Source: an uncultured Acidimicrobiia bacterium
Lineage (GTDB): Bacteria; Actinomycetota; Acidimicrobiia; Acidimicrobiales; AC-14
Direction: 5' to 3'
DNA length: 64,000 nucleotides
NCBI GenBank assembly: GCA_963836205.1
Contig: CAWIIV010000006.1
Coordinates: 480,001 to 544,000, forward strand
A program made the position numbers and the translations under genes. Under the pieces are notes generated by a model that saw only the letters and a list, made by a program, of their open reading frames with translations, made no database searches and was not told the origin of the DNA. Shown one piece after another: positions 12,267 through 20,217 of the stretch (within the stretch, counting starts at the first letter, position 1; each line of letters opens with the position of its first letter).

Positions 12267-13774
12267 GGGTGGGGGACCTTCTCCGGGCCCTGGTTCACGA
12301 ACGTGTTGATGAAGCGCTCGATGGTGTCGGCCTCGACCGACCCGCACAGGAGGCGGGCGTGCCAGGCCGTGGCCGCCACCGGCGTCTCGATCGCCGGGCG
12401 GGGCACGAGGAGGATGTCGCGGGCGTGCCTGGCACCCACGTCGCGCAGGGTGGCGAGGCTCTGCTCGTCGAGGTCGGGCCGGTACCAGAGCACCACGTAG
12501 CCGTGCTCCATGGCGTGGACGATCTGGCCGTCGGGCGGCGCGGTGGCCTCGGTGAAGACGCCGGCCCCGGCTGCCTGCGGCGTGTGGTTTCCACCCGACG
12601 GGGGGTTGAGCCTGTAGGTCGGATTGGGGACGTGGTTGCGGCCGATGCCGCCGTCGGAATCGCTCTCCCGGTCGAACTGGCACGACGCCGTCTCGAACTC
12701 GGACGCCTGCTGGCTGCGCTCCCGGCGGTCGGTGGTGATCACGAACGCCACCAAAAGGAGGATCGCCACCACCCCACCGGCCAGCAGGGCCTGGTTGCGG
12801 ATGCTCCGCCTCCGCCGGGCGGCAGCCGCCGCCGCCAGCCGTTCTTCCCGGGTGAGGCCGCCGCGGGGGCGACCCTTGCCCCCCTCGGGAGCAGCGGCCG
12901 GAGCCGGCTTGGAGGGCGACGACGCCTTCGCCGAGCCGGCGGCCTTGCCTGTCGCCGACGCCGTGGCCGCCGCTGTCGCGGAGCCCGACTTGGCCGCCGG
13001 GCCCGCCTTGGCCGCCTTGGCCGCGGCCTTCGCCTTGGCCGCCCCGCCGGTCCCTGCGGCCGGGCCCCCCGGCTTGGCCGCCCCGCCGGTCCCTGCCGGG
13101 CCGCTGGGCTTGCTGGTGCCCGGGCCGCCCGCCTTGCTGTTGCCCGGGCCGCCCACCTCGGTGGCCGAGCCGCCCGCCCTTGGGGTGGCCGCGCCGGCCG
13201 ACGGGGGGGTGCCGGGCTTCCCCGGGCCGGCCTGGGCCTTGCCGGTGCTCCCGCCCTGAGACGTGCCCGGTCTGGCCGGGCCGGCCTGGGGCTTGCCGGT
13301 GCTCACGCCCTGAGACGTGCCCGGTCTGGCCGGGCCGGCCTGGGGCTTGCCGGTGCTCACGCCCTGAGACGTGCCCGGTTTGGCCGGGCCGGCCTGGGGC
13401 TTGCCGGTGCTCCCGCCCTGAGACGTGCCCGGTTTGGCCGGGCCGGCCTGGGCCTTGCTTGCGCTCCCGGCCTGGGAGGCGCCGGGCTTGTCCGGGCCAC
13501 CCTCCTGCGACTTGGCGGCGGCCGGCGGAGCGGCAGGCCCGGCCGGACTGCCCTCCTGCGGCGTGGCCGCCGCGGCGGCGGCGCCGGGCCCGGCCGGGCT
13601 CCCCGCCTGAGGGGTGCCGGGCTTGGCCGCGTCGTTCGCCGCGGGCGCGCCGGGCTTGGCCGTTCCGGTGGCCTTGGGGTTCGTCGGCTTGGGGATGGTG
13701 ACGCGCTTGGCCGGATTCGCCGGCCGATTCGCCGCTCCCCGACCCTTCCCCGGACCCTTCTTCTTGGCGGCCAT
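12263..13774 (-). CDS. DUF3105-domain membrane protein with long A/G/K/P-rich N-terminal region
   Basis: NPPSGGNH, VHAMEHGYVVLWY, AATAW, GPE motifs after one TM helix. Confidence 0.8.
   Translation of the reverse strand: MAAKKKGPGKGRGAANRPANPAKRVTIPKPTNPKATGTAKPGAPAANDAAKPGTPQAGSPAGPGAAAAAATPQEGSPAGPAAPPAAAKSQEGGPDKPGASQAGSASKAQAGPAKPGTSQGGSTGKPQAGPAKPGTSQGVSTGKPQAGPARPGTSQGVSTGKPQAGPARPGTSQGGSTGKAQAGPGKPGTPPSAGAATPRAGGSATEVGGPGNSKAGGPGTSKPSGPAGTGGAAKPGGPAAGTGGAAKAKAAAKAAKAGPAAKSGSATAAATASATGKAAGSAKASSPSKPAPAAAPEGGKGRPRGGLTREERLAAAAAARRRRSIRNQALLAGGVVAILLLVAFVITTDRRERSQQASEFETASCQFDRESDSDGGIGRNHVPNPTYRLNPPSGGNHTPQAAGAGVFTEATAPPDGQIVHAMEHGYVVLWYRPDLDEQSLATLRDVGARHARDILLVPRPAIETPVAATAWHARLLCGSVEADTIERFINTFVNQGPEKVPHP
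13241..13456. repeat. 54-bp coding tandem repeat x4 (AGPA[K/R]PGTSQG[G/V]STGKPQ)
   Basis: Unit GCCGGTGCTC[C/A]CGCCCTGAGACGTGCCCGGT[C/T]TGGCCGGGCCGGCCTGGGGCTT. Confidence 0.9.
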
Positions 13775-13816
13775 CGCCGGGCGACAGTACCCCCCGGAGG
13801 TGCCTACAGTGCGGCC

Positions 13817-14299
13817 ATGCTCGCTCGAGGCGCCCGGGCACCGTCGTTCACCCTCCCCGACATCGACACCGGCGAGCCCGTTTCCAACCCCTGGACGGAC
13901 GGGTCCGAGCGCACCGTCCTCGCCTTCTTCAAGGCCACCTGCCCCGTCTGCCAGATGGCGGCGCCCGTGGTGCGGGCCATGGCCGACTCCGGCGCCCGGG
14001 TGGTGGCGGTGGGCGAGGACCCGGCTCCCACGCTGGCCCGATACCGCGACAAATGGCGCCAGACCGTACCCACCCTCAGCGAACCCGCCCCCTACCGGGT
14101 GTCGGGCGCGTACGACCTGGTGAGCGTCCCCAGCCTCTACTTGGTCGACCGCGACGGCACCGTCGTCGACTCCGTCCTCGGGTGGGACCGCGACGAGTGG
14201 AACCGGGTGTCGCTCGCCGCCGGCGGCCGTCCCGTCTCCGCCCACGGCGACGGTCTGCCCGCCTTCCGCCCCGGCTGAGGCAGCCGCAACCGCCACTGA
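13817..14299 (+). CDS. TlpA/AhpC-TSA-like redoxin; probable selenoprotein (UGA at 14276-14278; ends 14278 if UGA is a stop)
   Basis: APSFTLPD, FFKATCPVCQ, VPSLYLVD; C-terminus FRPG-UGA-GSRNRH-UGA with SECIS-like hairpin. Confidence 0.75.
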
Positions 14300-14313
14300 C
14301 CCGGTCGGGCAGT
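14295..14313 (+). promoter_or_regulatory. Putative bacterial SECIS hairpin
   Basis: ACTG-A-CCC-[GGTC]-GGG-CAGT; loop begins 24 nt after in-frame UGA. Confidence 0.55.
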
Positions 14314-14345
14314 CTCAACAGGTTGACAGTGATTGTGGGATGAAA

Positions 14346-14366
14346 CTTGAGTCAGTCGTTGTTAAC
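14346..14366 (+). promoter_or_regulatory. Degenerate HspR operator (HAIR-like)
   Basis: CTTGAGT-N7-TGTTAAC versus consensus CTTGAGT-N7-ACTCAAG, upstream of hsp20; right arm matches only 3/7. Confidence 0.4.
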
Positions 14367-14407
14367 TCTCAGCGAGGCACCATCACCGATCCTGAGAGGA
14401 ACACCGA

Positions 14408-14800
14408 ATGCAGAAGCAGAACTGGCTCCGTCCGGCGACCATGCCGATGGACGCCTACCGTCACGAGAACAACCTGGTCATCAGCTTCGACCTGCCCGGC
14501 GTCGACGCCGACGCGGTCGAGGTCACCGTCGACAACAAGACGCTCAAGGTCGTATCGCCCCGCCCCCGGCCCACCGCCGAGGGCATCCAGTGGCTGACCG
14601 CCGAGCGTCCCTACGGCACGTCCACCTGCCAGCTGCCCCTGGGCGATGGCGTCGACCTCGACGCCCTCCAGGCCCACGTGGCCGACGGCGTGCTCACCAT
14701 CACCATCCCGCTGATCGAGGGAGCCAGCCGCCGCATCGAGGTCACACGCGGGAGCGAGGCAGCCCCCGCCGAGCGCGTCGAGACTCCCGCCGCGGCCTAG
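14408..14800 (+). CDS. Hsp20/alpha-crystallin small heat-shock protein
   Basis: MPMDAYR, FDLPGV, ERPYG, DGVLTITIP. Confidence 0.9.
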   Translation: MQKQNWLRPATMPMDAYRHENNLVISFDLPGVDADAVEVTVDNKTLKVVSPRPRPTAEGIQWLTAERPYGTSTCQLPLGDGVDLDALQAHVADGVLTITIPLIEGASRRIEVTRGSEAAPAERVETPAAA

Positions 14801-14821
14801 TCGCCACCCCCAGCTACGCCC

Positions 14822-14851
14822 GTCGGCCCCGGCGACGTCGCCGGGGCCGAC
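14822..14851. terminator. Perfect 30-bp palindrome between convergent hsp20 and MFS genes
   Basis: GTCGGCCCCGGCGACGTCGCCGGGGCCGAC equals its own reverse complement. Confidence 0.6.
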
Positions 14852-14875
14852 CCGCGTGCCGACGGCCGGGGGGAG

Positions 14876-16153
14876 TCAGACAGGGTCGTCGAGGGCGGCG
14901 GCCAGGTCAGGGCGGACGGCTCTCGCCACCAGCACCACGGCCAGGAACAAGCCCGCCCCGGCGAACGTGACCCGCCGCAGGCCGAAGCGGTCGCCCAGCG
15001 CCCCCTGGAGCACGGCCCCGATGGGATACACGACCCCCAGTGCCACCATGTAGAGGCTGAGGATGCGGGCCCGCAGGCTGGCGGGCGCCCGCAGCTGCAC
15101 CACCGTGCCCAGGCCGGAGAGGATGCCGATGTAGCCCGCCCCCACTCCGGCCAGGGCGAGGGTGGCCAGCGGCAGCGACGGCGCCAGCGCGTACAGGGCC
15201 AGCATGCCGGGCAAGACCACCAGGTCGACCATCAGCACCGGCCGCCGGCCGTAGCGGCGGGCCAGGGGCGCCATGGCCAGGGCCCCGGCCACGGCCCCCA
15301 CGCCCTGGGCCGTCACCAGGATCGACGTCCCCCGCTCCCCGGCGTCGAACAGCTTGATGGCCACCGCCGGGATGAGGGCGATGAACGGTGACAGGAGCAG
15401 GGCGGCCACCGCGATGGCGAAGATGGCGGCCCGGCACCCGGGCTCGGACCACGCCCCCCGCGCCCCGGTGGCGATCCGCCGGCCGATGCCACCGGTCTCG
15501 TCGGGGTCGGGACGGGGCGGAGGCAGGCGGACGAGGGCGATGGCCACGAAGACGGCCCCGAACGAGAGGGCGTTGAGGACGAAGGCGAACGTGTACGACC
15601 CCAGCGCCAGCACCAGCCCGGCCAGGGCGGGTCCGACCACCCGGCCCAGGTTGTACTGCGCCGACGAGAGGGAGATGGCGCCCAGCAGGTCGTCCTTGGG
15701 CACCAGGTCGGGGAGGATGGCCTGGTAGGCGGGGAACCCGAAGGCGGCCATGCAGCCCCCGCCGAGGGCGACCACGGCCAGGTTGGCGGGCGTCACCGTC
15801 CCGGTGGCGGCCAGCACCGCCAGCAGCGCGGCGAAGCCCATCTCGCCCAGCGTGGTGAGCAGGAGCAGGCGCCGGCGGTCGGCCCGGTCGGCCAGCACGC
15901 CTCCCACCGGCGACAGCAGGCCGATGGGCAGGAAGGCGGCCGCCGCCACCAGGCCCGTCCACCGGGCCTGGCCGGTGAGCTCGGTGACGAGGACCCCGAT
16001 GGCCACCGTCTGCACCCACGACCCGATGTTGGAGACGAGCGCGGCGGTCCAGACGAGGGCGAAGTCGCGGTGGCCCAGCGGCTTGAGGGACGTGAGGCCG
16101 AGCAGGCCCCGCCGGGCAACGGCGGCCGGCGGCGGCGGCTCCTCGGGGATCAC
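14876..16153 (-). CDS. MFS transporter (MFS_3-like)
   Basis: About 12 TM helices; GGVLADRADRRRLL motif A. Confidence 0.9.
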   Translation of the reverse strand: MIPEEPPPPAAVARRGLLGLTSLKPLGHRDFALVWTAALVSNIGSWVQTVAIGVLVTELTGQARWTGLVAAAAFLPIGLLSPVGGVLADRADRRRLLLLTTLGEMGFAALLAVLAATGTVTPANLAVVALGGGCMAAFGFPAYQAILPDLVPKDDLLGAISLSSAQYNLGRVVGPALAGLVLALGSYTFAFVLNALSFGAVFVAIALVRLPPPRPDPDETGGIGRRIATGARGAWSEPGCRAAIFAIAVAALLLSPFIALIPAVAIKLFDAGERGTSILVTAQGVGAVAGALAMAPLARRYGRRPVLMVDLVVLPGMLALYALAPSLPLATLALAGVGAGYIGILSGLGTVVQLRAPASLRARILSLYMVALGVVYPIGAVLQGALGDRFGLRRVTFAGAGLFLAVVLVARAVRPDLAAALDDPV

Positions 16154-17028
16154 AGGCCGGGATCGGGAGCCTGGTAGCGGGCCTCCAGCCCGTAGTGGTC
16201 GTCGAGGCGGACGACGCGGTTGAAGTCGTCGAACGTGGTCAGCATGCCGAGGTCGTCGCGCAGCGTGCCCTTGGCCGCCAGCACCCCGTAGGCGCTCGCC
16301 AGCGCCCTCGCCGCCGCGAACAAGCCGGTCAGGGGGGACACGATCAGGTCGAACCCGAGCTCGTGCAGCTCGGACGGGGTCATCAGCGGGGTCCGGCCGG
16401 CCTCGATCATGTTCGCCACTCGCACCACGCCGGGGGTGGCGTCGACCACCGCCCGCATCTCGTCGACCGACTCGGGAGCCTCCACGAAGACGGCGTCGAC
16501 GCCCAGGGCGGCCGCCGCCTGGGCCCGGGCGATGGCCTCGTCGAGGCCGACCGCGGACCGGGCGTCGGTGCGGGCCACCACGATCAGGCCCTGGGTGCGG
16601 GCGTCGAGCGCCGCCTCCAGCTTGGAGAGCCAGTCACCCCGGGGGACGACACGCTTGCCCGCCATGTGCCCGCACTTCTTGGGCCACACCTGGTCCTCCA
16701 GGAAGATGCCCGCCCCGCCGGCCGACTCGAACAACTCCACCGTGCGCCGGGTGTTGAGGGCGTTGCCGTACCCGGTGTCGGCGTCGACGATCACGGCCGT
16801 CTCCGGCGCCGCCCGACACACCCGCCGGGCCACGTCCGCCATCTCCCCCTGGGTCAGGTACCCGAAGTCGGGCAGCCCGAGGAGGCTGGCCGACGTGGCG
16901 TACCCGGAGAGGAAGGCCACCGGAAACCCGGCATCGGCCGCCAACCGCGCCGACAGCGCGTCGTACACGCCCGGCATGAGCACCGTCTCCCCCGCCGCGA
17001 GGAGCGACCGGATGCGATCACCGTCCAT
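16150..17028 (-). CDS. Isocitrate lyase/PEP mutase family (methylisocitrate lyase-like)
   Basis: DADTGYG, EDQVWPKKCGH, ARTDA. Confidence 0.88.
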   Translation of the reverse strand: MDGDRIRSLLAAGETVLMPGVYDALSARLAADAGFPVAFLSGYATSASLLGLPDFGYLTQGEMADVARRVCRAAPETAVIVDADTGYGNALNTRRTVELFESAGGAGIFLEDQVWPKKCGHMAGKRVVPRGDWLSKLEAALDARTQGLIVVARTDARSAVGLDEAIARAQAAAALGVDAVFVEAPESVDEMRAVVDATPGVVRVANMIEAGRTPLMTPSELHELGFDLIVSPLTGLFAAARALASAYGVLAAKGTLRDDLGMLTTFDDFNRVVRLDDHYGLEARYQAPDPGL

Positions 17029-17201
17029 CGGCCGACAGTAGGCCGCCCCGGAACCGCCAGTCCCCTCCGCCGGCGCAGTTCGCCGGCGGACCGACAGGCC
17101 GCCGCAGGCCTTGGCCTGTCGGAACGACAAGCAGCGCGCCGAAGGCGGTCAACGCGGTGGCCTCTGACGTTCGGGGGCCGTCGGGGGCGAGCCCCCGACT
17201 G

Positions 17202-17657
17202 TTATCCGGTGATCCCGCAGACCTGGCGGCCGTACTCCTGCAGGTCCTGGCCCGCGACGCCGAACTCCGGCTCTGAGAGCACCGTGTAGTCGCCGGTGAG
17301 CAGCCGCTCGAAGCCTTCGGCCAGCACGGTGGCGGTGTCCTTGATCTCGGCCGGTGCGACGGCCACGGCCTCGCGCACCTGGGGCGCCACCTCCTGGAGC
17401 AGCGCCTGGAGGTCCTCCGGGCTGGAGACCACGGTGGGCACCTCCCGGAGGGTGTTGATGTTGGCCCGGGCCAGCACGCAGAACTCCTCGCTGTTGGCAC
17501 CGGTGAAGGTGCGGGGGGCTCGGGTCGTGGCCACCGGGACGGTGGTGGTGGCGTCGGTGGTCGCCTCCTCCTTGTCGTCGCCGCCGCCGCAACCGGCCAG
17601 CCCGACCAGGGCCACCACGGCCAGTGCGGACGACAGGACTCGAACTCGGCGCATCAT
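17202..17657 (-). CDS. Hypothetical lipoprotein
   Basis: Signal peptide with LAGC lipobox, Thr-rich linker, two Cys. Confidence 0.65.
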   Translation of the reverse strand: MMRRVRVLSSALAVVALVGLAGCGGGDDKEEATTDATTTVPVATTRAPRTFTGANSEEFCVLARANINTLREVPTVVSSPEDLQALLQEVAPQVREAVAVAPAEIKDTATVLAEGFERLLTGDYTVLSEPEFGVAGQDLQEYGRQVCGITG

Positions 17658-18187
17658 GCTCCTTCGGCTTGGGCCTGGCCGGCGGGGGCCCGCGTGGACT
17701 GGGCCTCGTCGAGCGCCTGGGCCAGCGTGTTCCACGACAGCGTGGCGCACTTGATTCTTACCGGAAACTTCACCACGCCGCGCAGGGCCTCGAGATCGCC
17801 CAGCTTCACCTCGGGGTCGGGAGCCACCGCCTCCACCACCTCGCGGCCCTCGCCGTCGAGGCGGTGCTCGTGGATCGACATCATGGCCTTGAACGCCCGG
17901 ATCAGCTCCCGGGCCTCGGCCCAGGTGCGACCCTTCACCGCGGCCGACATCATCGAGGCCGAGGACTGGCTGATCGAGCAGCCCTGGCCCGAGATGCGGA
18001 TGTCGGCCACCGCGTCGGTGCCGTCGTCCTCGTCGGCGGTCAGGTCGACGTAGAGCACGACCTCGTCGCCGCACAGGGGGTTGAAACCCTCCACCCGCAG
18101 GGCGGGCGGGCTGGGCAGGTCGCCACGGTTCCGCGGGTTGCGGTAGTGGTCGAGGATGATCTCCCGGTACAGGTCTTCGAGCGACAT
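17654..18187 (-). CDS. sufU: SUF system NifU-family protein SufU
   Basis: LYREIILDHY, NPLCGD, GCSISQSS, RIKCATLSW. Confidence 0.92.
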   Translation of the reverse strand: MSLEDLYREIILDHYRNPRNRGDLPSPPALRVEGFNPLCGDEVVLYVDLTADEDDGTDAVADIRISGQGCSISQSSASMMSAAVKGRTWAEARELIRAFKAMMSIHEHRLDGEGREVVEAVAPDPEVKLGDLEALRGVVKFPVRIKCATLSWNTLAQALDEAQSTRAPAGQAQAEGA

Positions 18188-18197
18188 CGGGCGGCCT

Positions 18198-19421
18198 CTA
18201 GCTGAAGAATTTGGACGCGGACAGCAGCGCCTCGGACAGGGCGTCGACGTCGGATTCGTCGTTGTAGACGTAGAACGACGCCCGGGCGGTGGCGTTGACG
18301 CCCATCCGCCGCATGAGCGGCTTGGCACAGTGGTGCCCGGCCCGGATGCACACCCCGGTCTCGTCGAGGACCTGGGACAGGTCGTGGGGGTGGATGTCGT
18401 GGTAGGCGAACGACAGCACCCCGCCCCGGCCCTCGGGGTCGGCCGGCCCGAACACGGTGAGGTCGTCGCCGTGGCGCTCGGCCAGGGTCGTGAGGGCGTA
18501 GGTGGTGAGCTCGATCTCGTGGCGGCGCACCGCGTCCATGCCCAACCCGGTGAGGTAGTCGACCGCCGCCCCCAACCCGACCGCCTCGGCGATGGGGGGC
18601 GTGCCCGCCTCGAACTTCCAGGGCAGGACGTTGGGCTTCCAGCCGTCGAGGCGCACGTCGGTGATCATCTCGCCCCCGCCCAGGAAGGCGGGCATGGAGT
18701 CGAGCAGCTCCTCCTTGCCCCAGAGGACACCGATGCCCGTGGGCCCGCACATCTTGTGGCCGGTGAAGGCGAGCAGGTCGCAGCCCAGGGCGGCCACGTC
18801 GGTGGGCAGGTGGGGGACGTACTGCGACCCGTCGACCAGCAACACCGCGCCGACCGCGTGGGCGGCGTCGGCCAGCTGCCGGATGGGGTTGAGCGTGCCC
18901 AACACGTTCGACATGGCGGTGACGCTCACCAGCCCGACCCCGTCGAGCAGGCGGTCGAGGTCGTCGAGGAGCAGGGTGCCGTCGTCAGAGACGGGGAGGT
19001 AGCGCAGCTCGACGCCTTTCTCCTCCCGCAGCATGAGCCAGGGGACGAGGTTGGCGTGGTGCTCCATCTCGGTGAGGAGCACGGCCTTGCCCGCCGGCAG
19101 GCAGTGGCGCCCGTAGCTGTGAGCCACCAGGTTGATGGCCTCGGTGGCGTTCTTGGTGAACACGACCTCGTTGGATGACCGGGCGCCGATGAAGCGGGCC
19201 ACCTTCGACCGCCCACTCTCGAAGGCGGCGGTGGCCTCTTCCGCCAGCCGGTACACGCCCCGGTGCACGTTGGCGTGGGTGTTCTCGTAGTAGTGGTCCA
19301 TGGCGTCGAGGACCGCCCGTGGCTTCTGCGAGCTGGCCGCCGAGTCGAGATAGACCAGCCGCCGCTCCTGGTTGAGGAGCGGGAAATCAGCCTTGACAGA
19401 CGAGCTCAGGCCGTGCGCCAC
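18198..19421 (-). CDS. sufS: Cysteine desulfurase SufS
   Basis: YLDSAASSQKP, TGHKM, RAGHHCAKP. Confidence 0.95.
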   Translation of the reverse strand: MAHGLSSSVKADFPLLNQERRLVYLDSAASSQKPRAVLDAMDHYYENTHANVHRGVYRLAEEATAAFESGRSKVARFIGARSSNEVVFTKNATEAINLVAHSYGRHCLPAGKAVLLTEMEHHANLVPWLMLREEKGVELRYLPVSDDGTLLLDDLDRLLDGVGLVSVTAMSNVLGTLNPIRQLADAAHAVGAVLLVDGSQYVPHLPTDVAALGCDLLAFTGHKMCGPTGIGVLWGKEELLDSMPAFLGGGEMITDVRLDGWKPNVLPWKFEAGTPPIAEAVGLGAAVDYLTGLGMDAVRRHEIELTTYALTTLAERHGDDLTVFGPADPEGRGGVLSFAYHDIHPHDLSQVLDETGVCIRAGHHCAKPLMRRMGVNATARASFYVYNDESDVDALSEALLSASKFFS

Positions 19422-20179
19422 GCGTCGTAGCCTTCGCGCTCGAGGCGGTGGGCCAGGTCGGCGTCGCCCTGGGCCACGATGCGCCCGTCGACGAGGATGT
19501 GCACCACGTCGGGCTCGAGGTACTGCAGGATGCGCTGGTAGTGGGTGATGAGGAGCACGCCCAGCTCGGGCCGGTCCTTGCGCACCTCGGACACCCCGTT
19601 GGACACCGTCTTCAGGGCGTCGATGTCGAGCCCGGAGTCGGTTTCGTCGAGGACGGCGAACTCGGGCTCGAGGATGGCCATCTGCAGGACCTCGTTGCGC
19701 TTCTTCTCACCGCCCGAGAAGCCCTCGTTGAGATAGCGGTCGCCGAACGACGGGTCGATGCCGAGGCGGGCCATCCACTCCATGATCGACAGCCGCAGCT
19801 CGAGCACCGACAGGTCGATGCCCTTGCGGGCCGACAGGGCCTGGCGGAGGAACTGCACCACCGACACGCCCGGGATCTCCTCCGGGTACTGGAAGGCCAG
19901 GAACAGGCCGGCCTTGCCCCGCACGTCGGTGGCCCAGTCGGTGATGTCGTCGTCCTTGAACGTGACCGTGCCCGACGTGACCTCGTAGTCGGGATGGGCC
20001 AGGAGGGTGTTGGCCAGGGTGGACTTCCCCGACCCGTTCGGCCCCATGAGCGCGTGCACCTCGCCCGCCATCACGGTGAGATCGACCCCCTTGAGGATCT
20101 CCTTGCCTTCCACCGAGACGTGCAGGTCCGTAATCTCGAACAACGGCGTCTCGGTCAGAGGCTGGCCCACGTCCTCCAT
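19406..20179 (-). CDS. sufC: Fe-S assembly ATPase SufC (copy 2)
   Basis: GPNGSGKS, FSGGEKKRNE, LDETDSGLDIDAL. Confidence 0.92.
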   Translation of the reverse strand: MEDVGQPLTETPLFEITDLHVSVEGKEILKGVDLTVMAGEVHALMGPNGSGKSTLANTLLAHPDYEVTSGTVTFKDDDITDWATDVRGKAGLFLAFQYPEEIPGVSVVQFLRQALSARKGIDLSVLELRLSIMEWMARLGIDPSFGDRYLNEGFSGGEKKRNEVLQMAILEPEFAVLDETDSGLDIDALKTVSNGVSEVRKDRPELGVLLITHYQRILQYLEPDVVHILVDGRIVAQGDADLAHRLEREGYDAWRTA

Positions 20180-20217
20180 ATTACACCTACGGCCGTAGGG
20201 GAAATTGGGCCCGGGTC

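Noticed and set aside
17067-17199. Three hairpins upstream of the ICL/PEP-mutase gene as a possible riboswitch
   Set aside because: No recognisable aptamer motif; consistent with GC-rich terminator or REP-type hairpins
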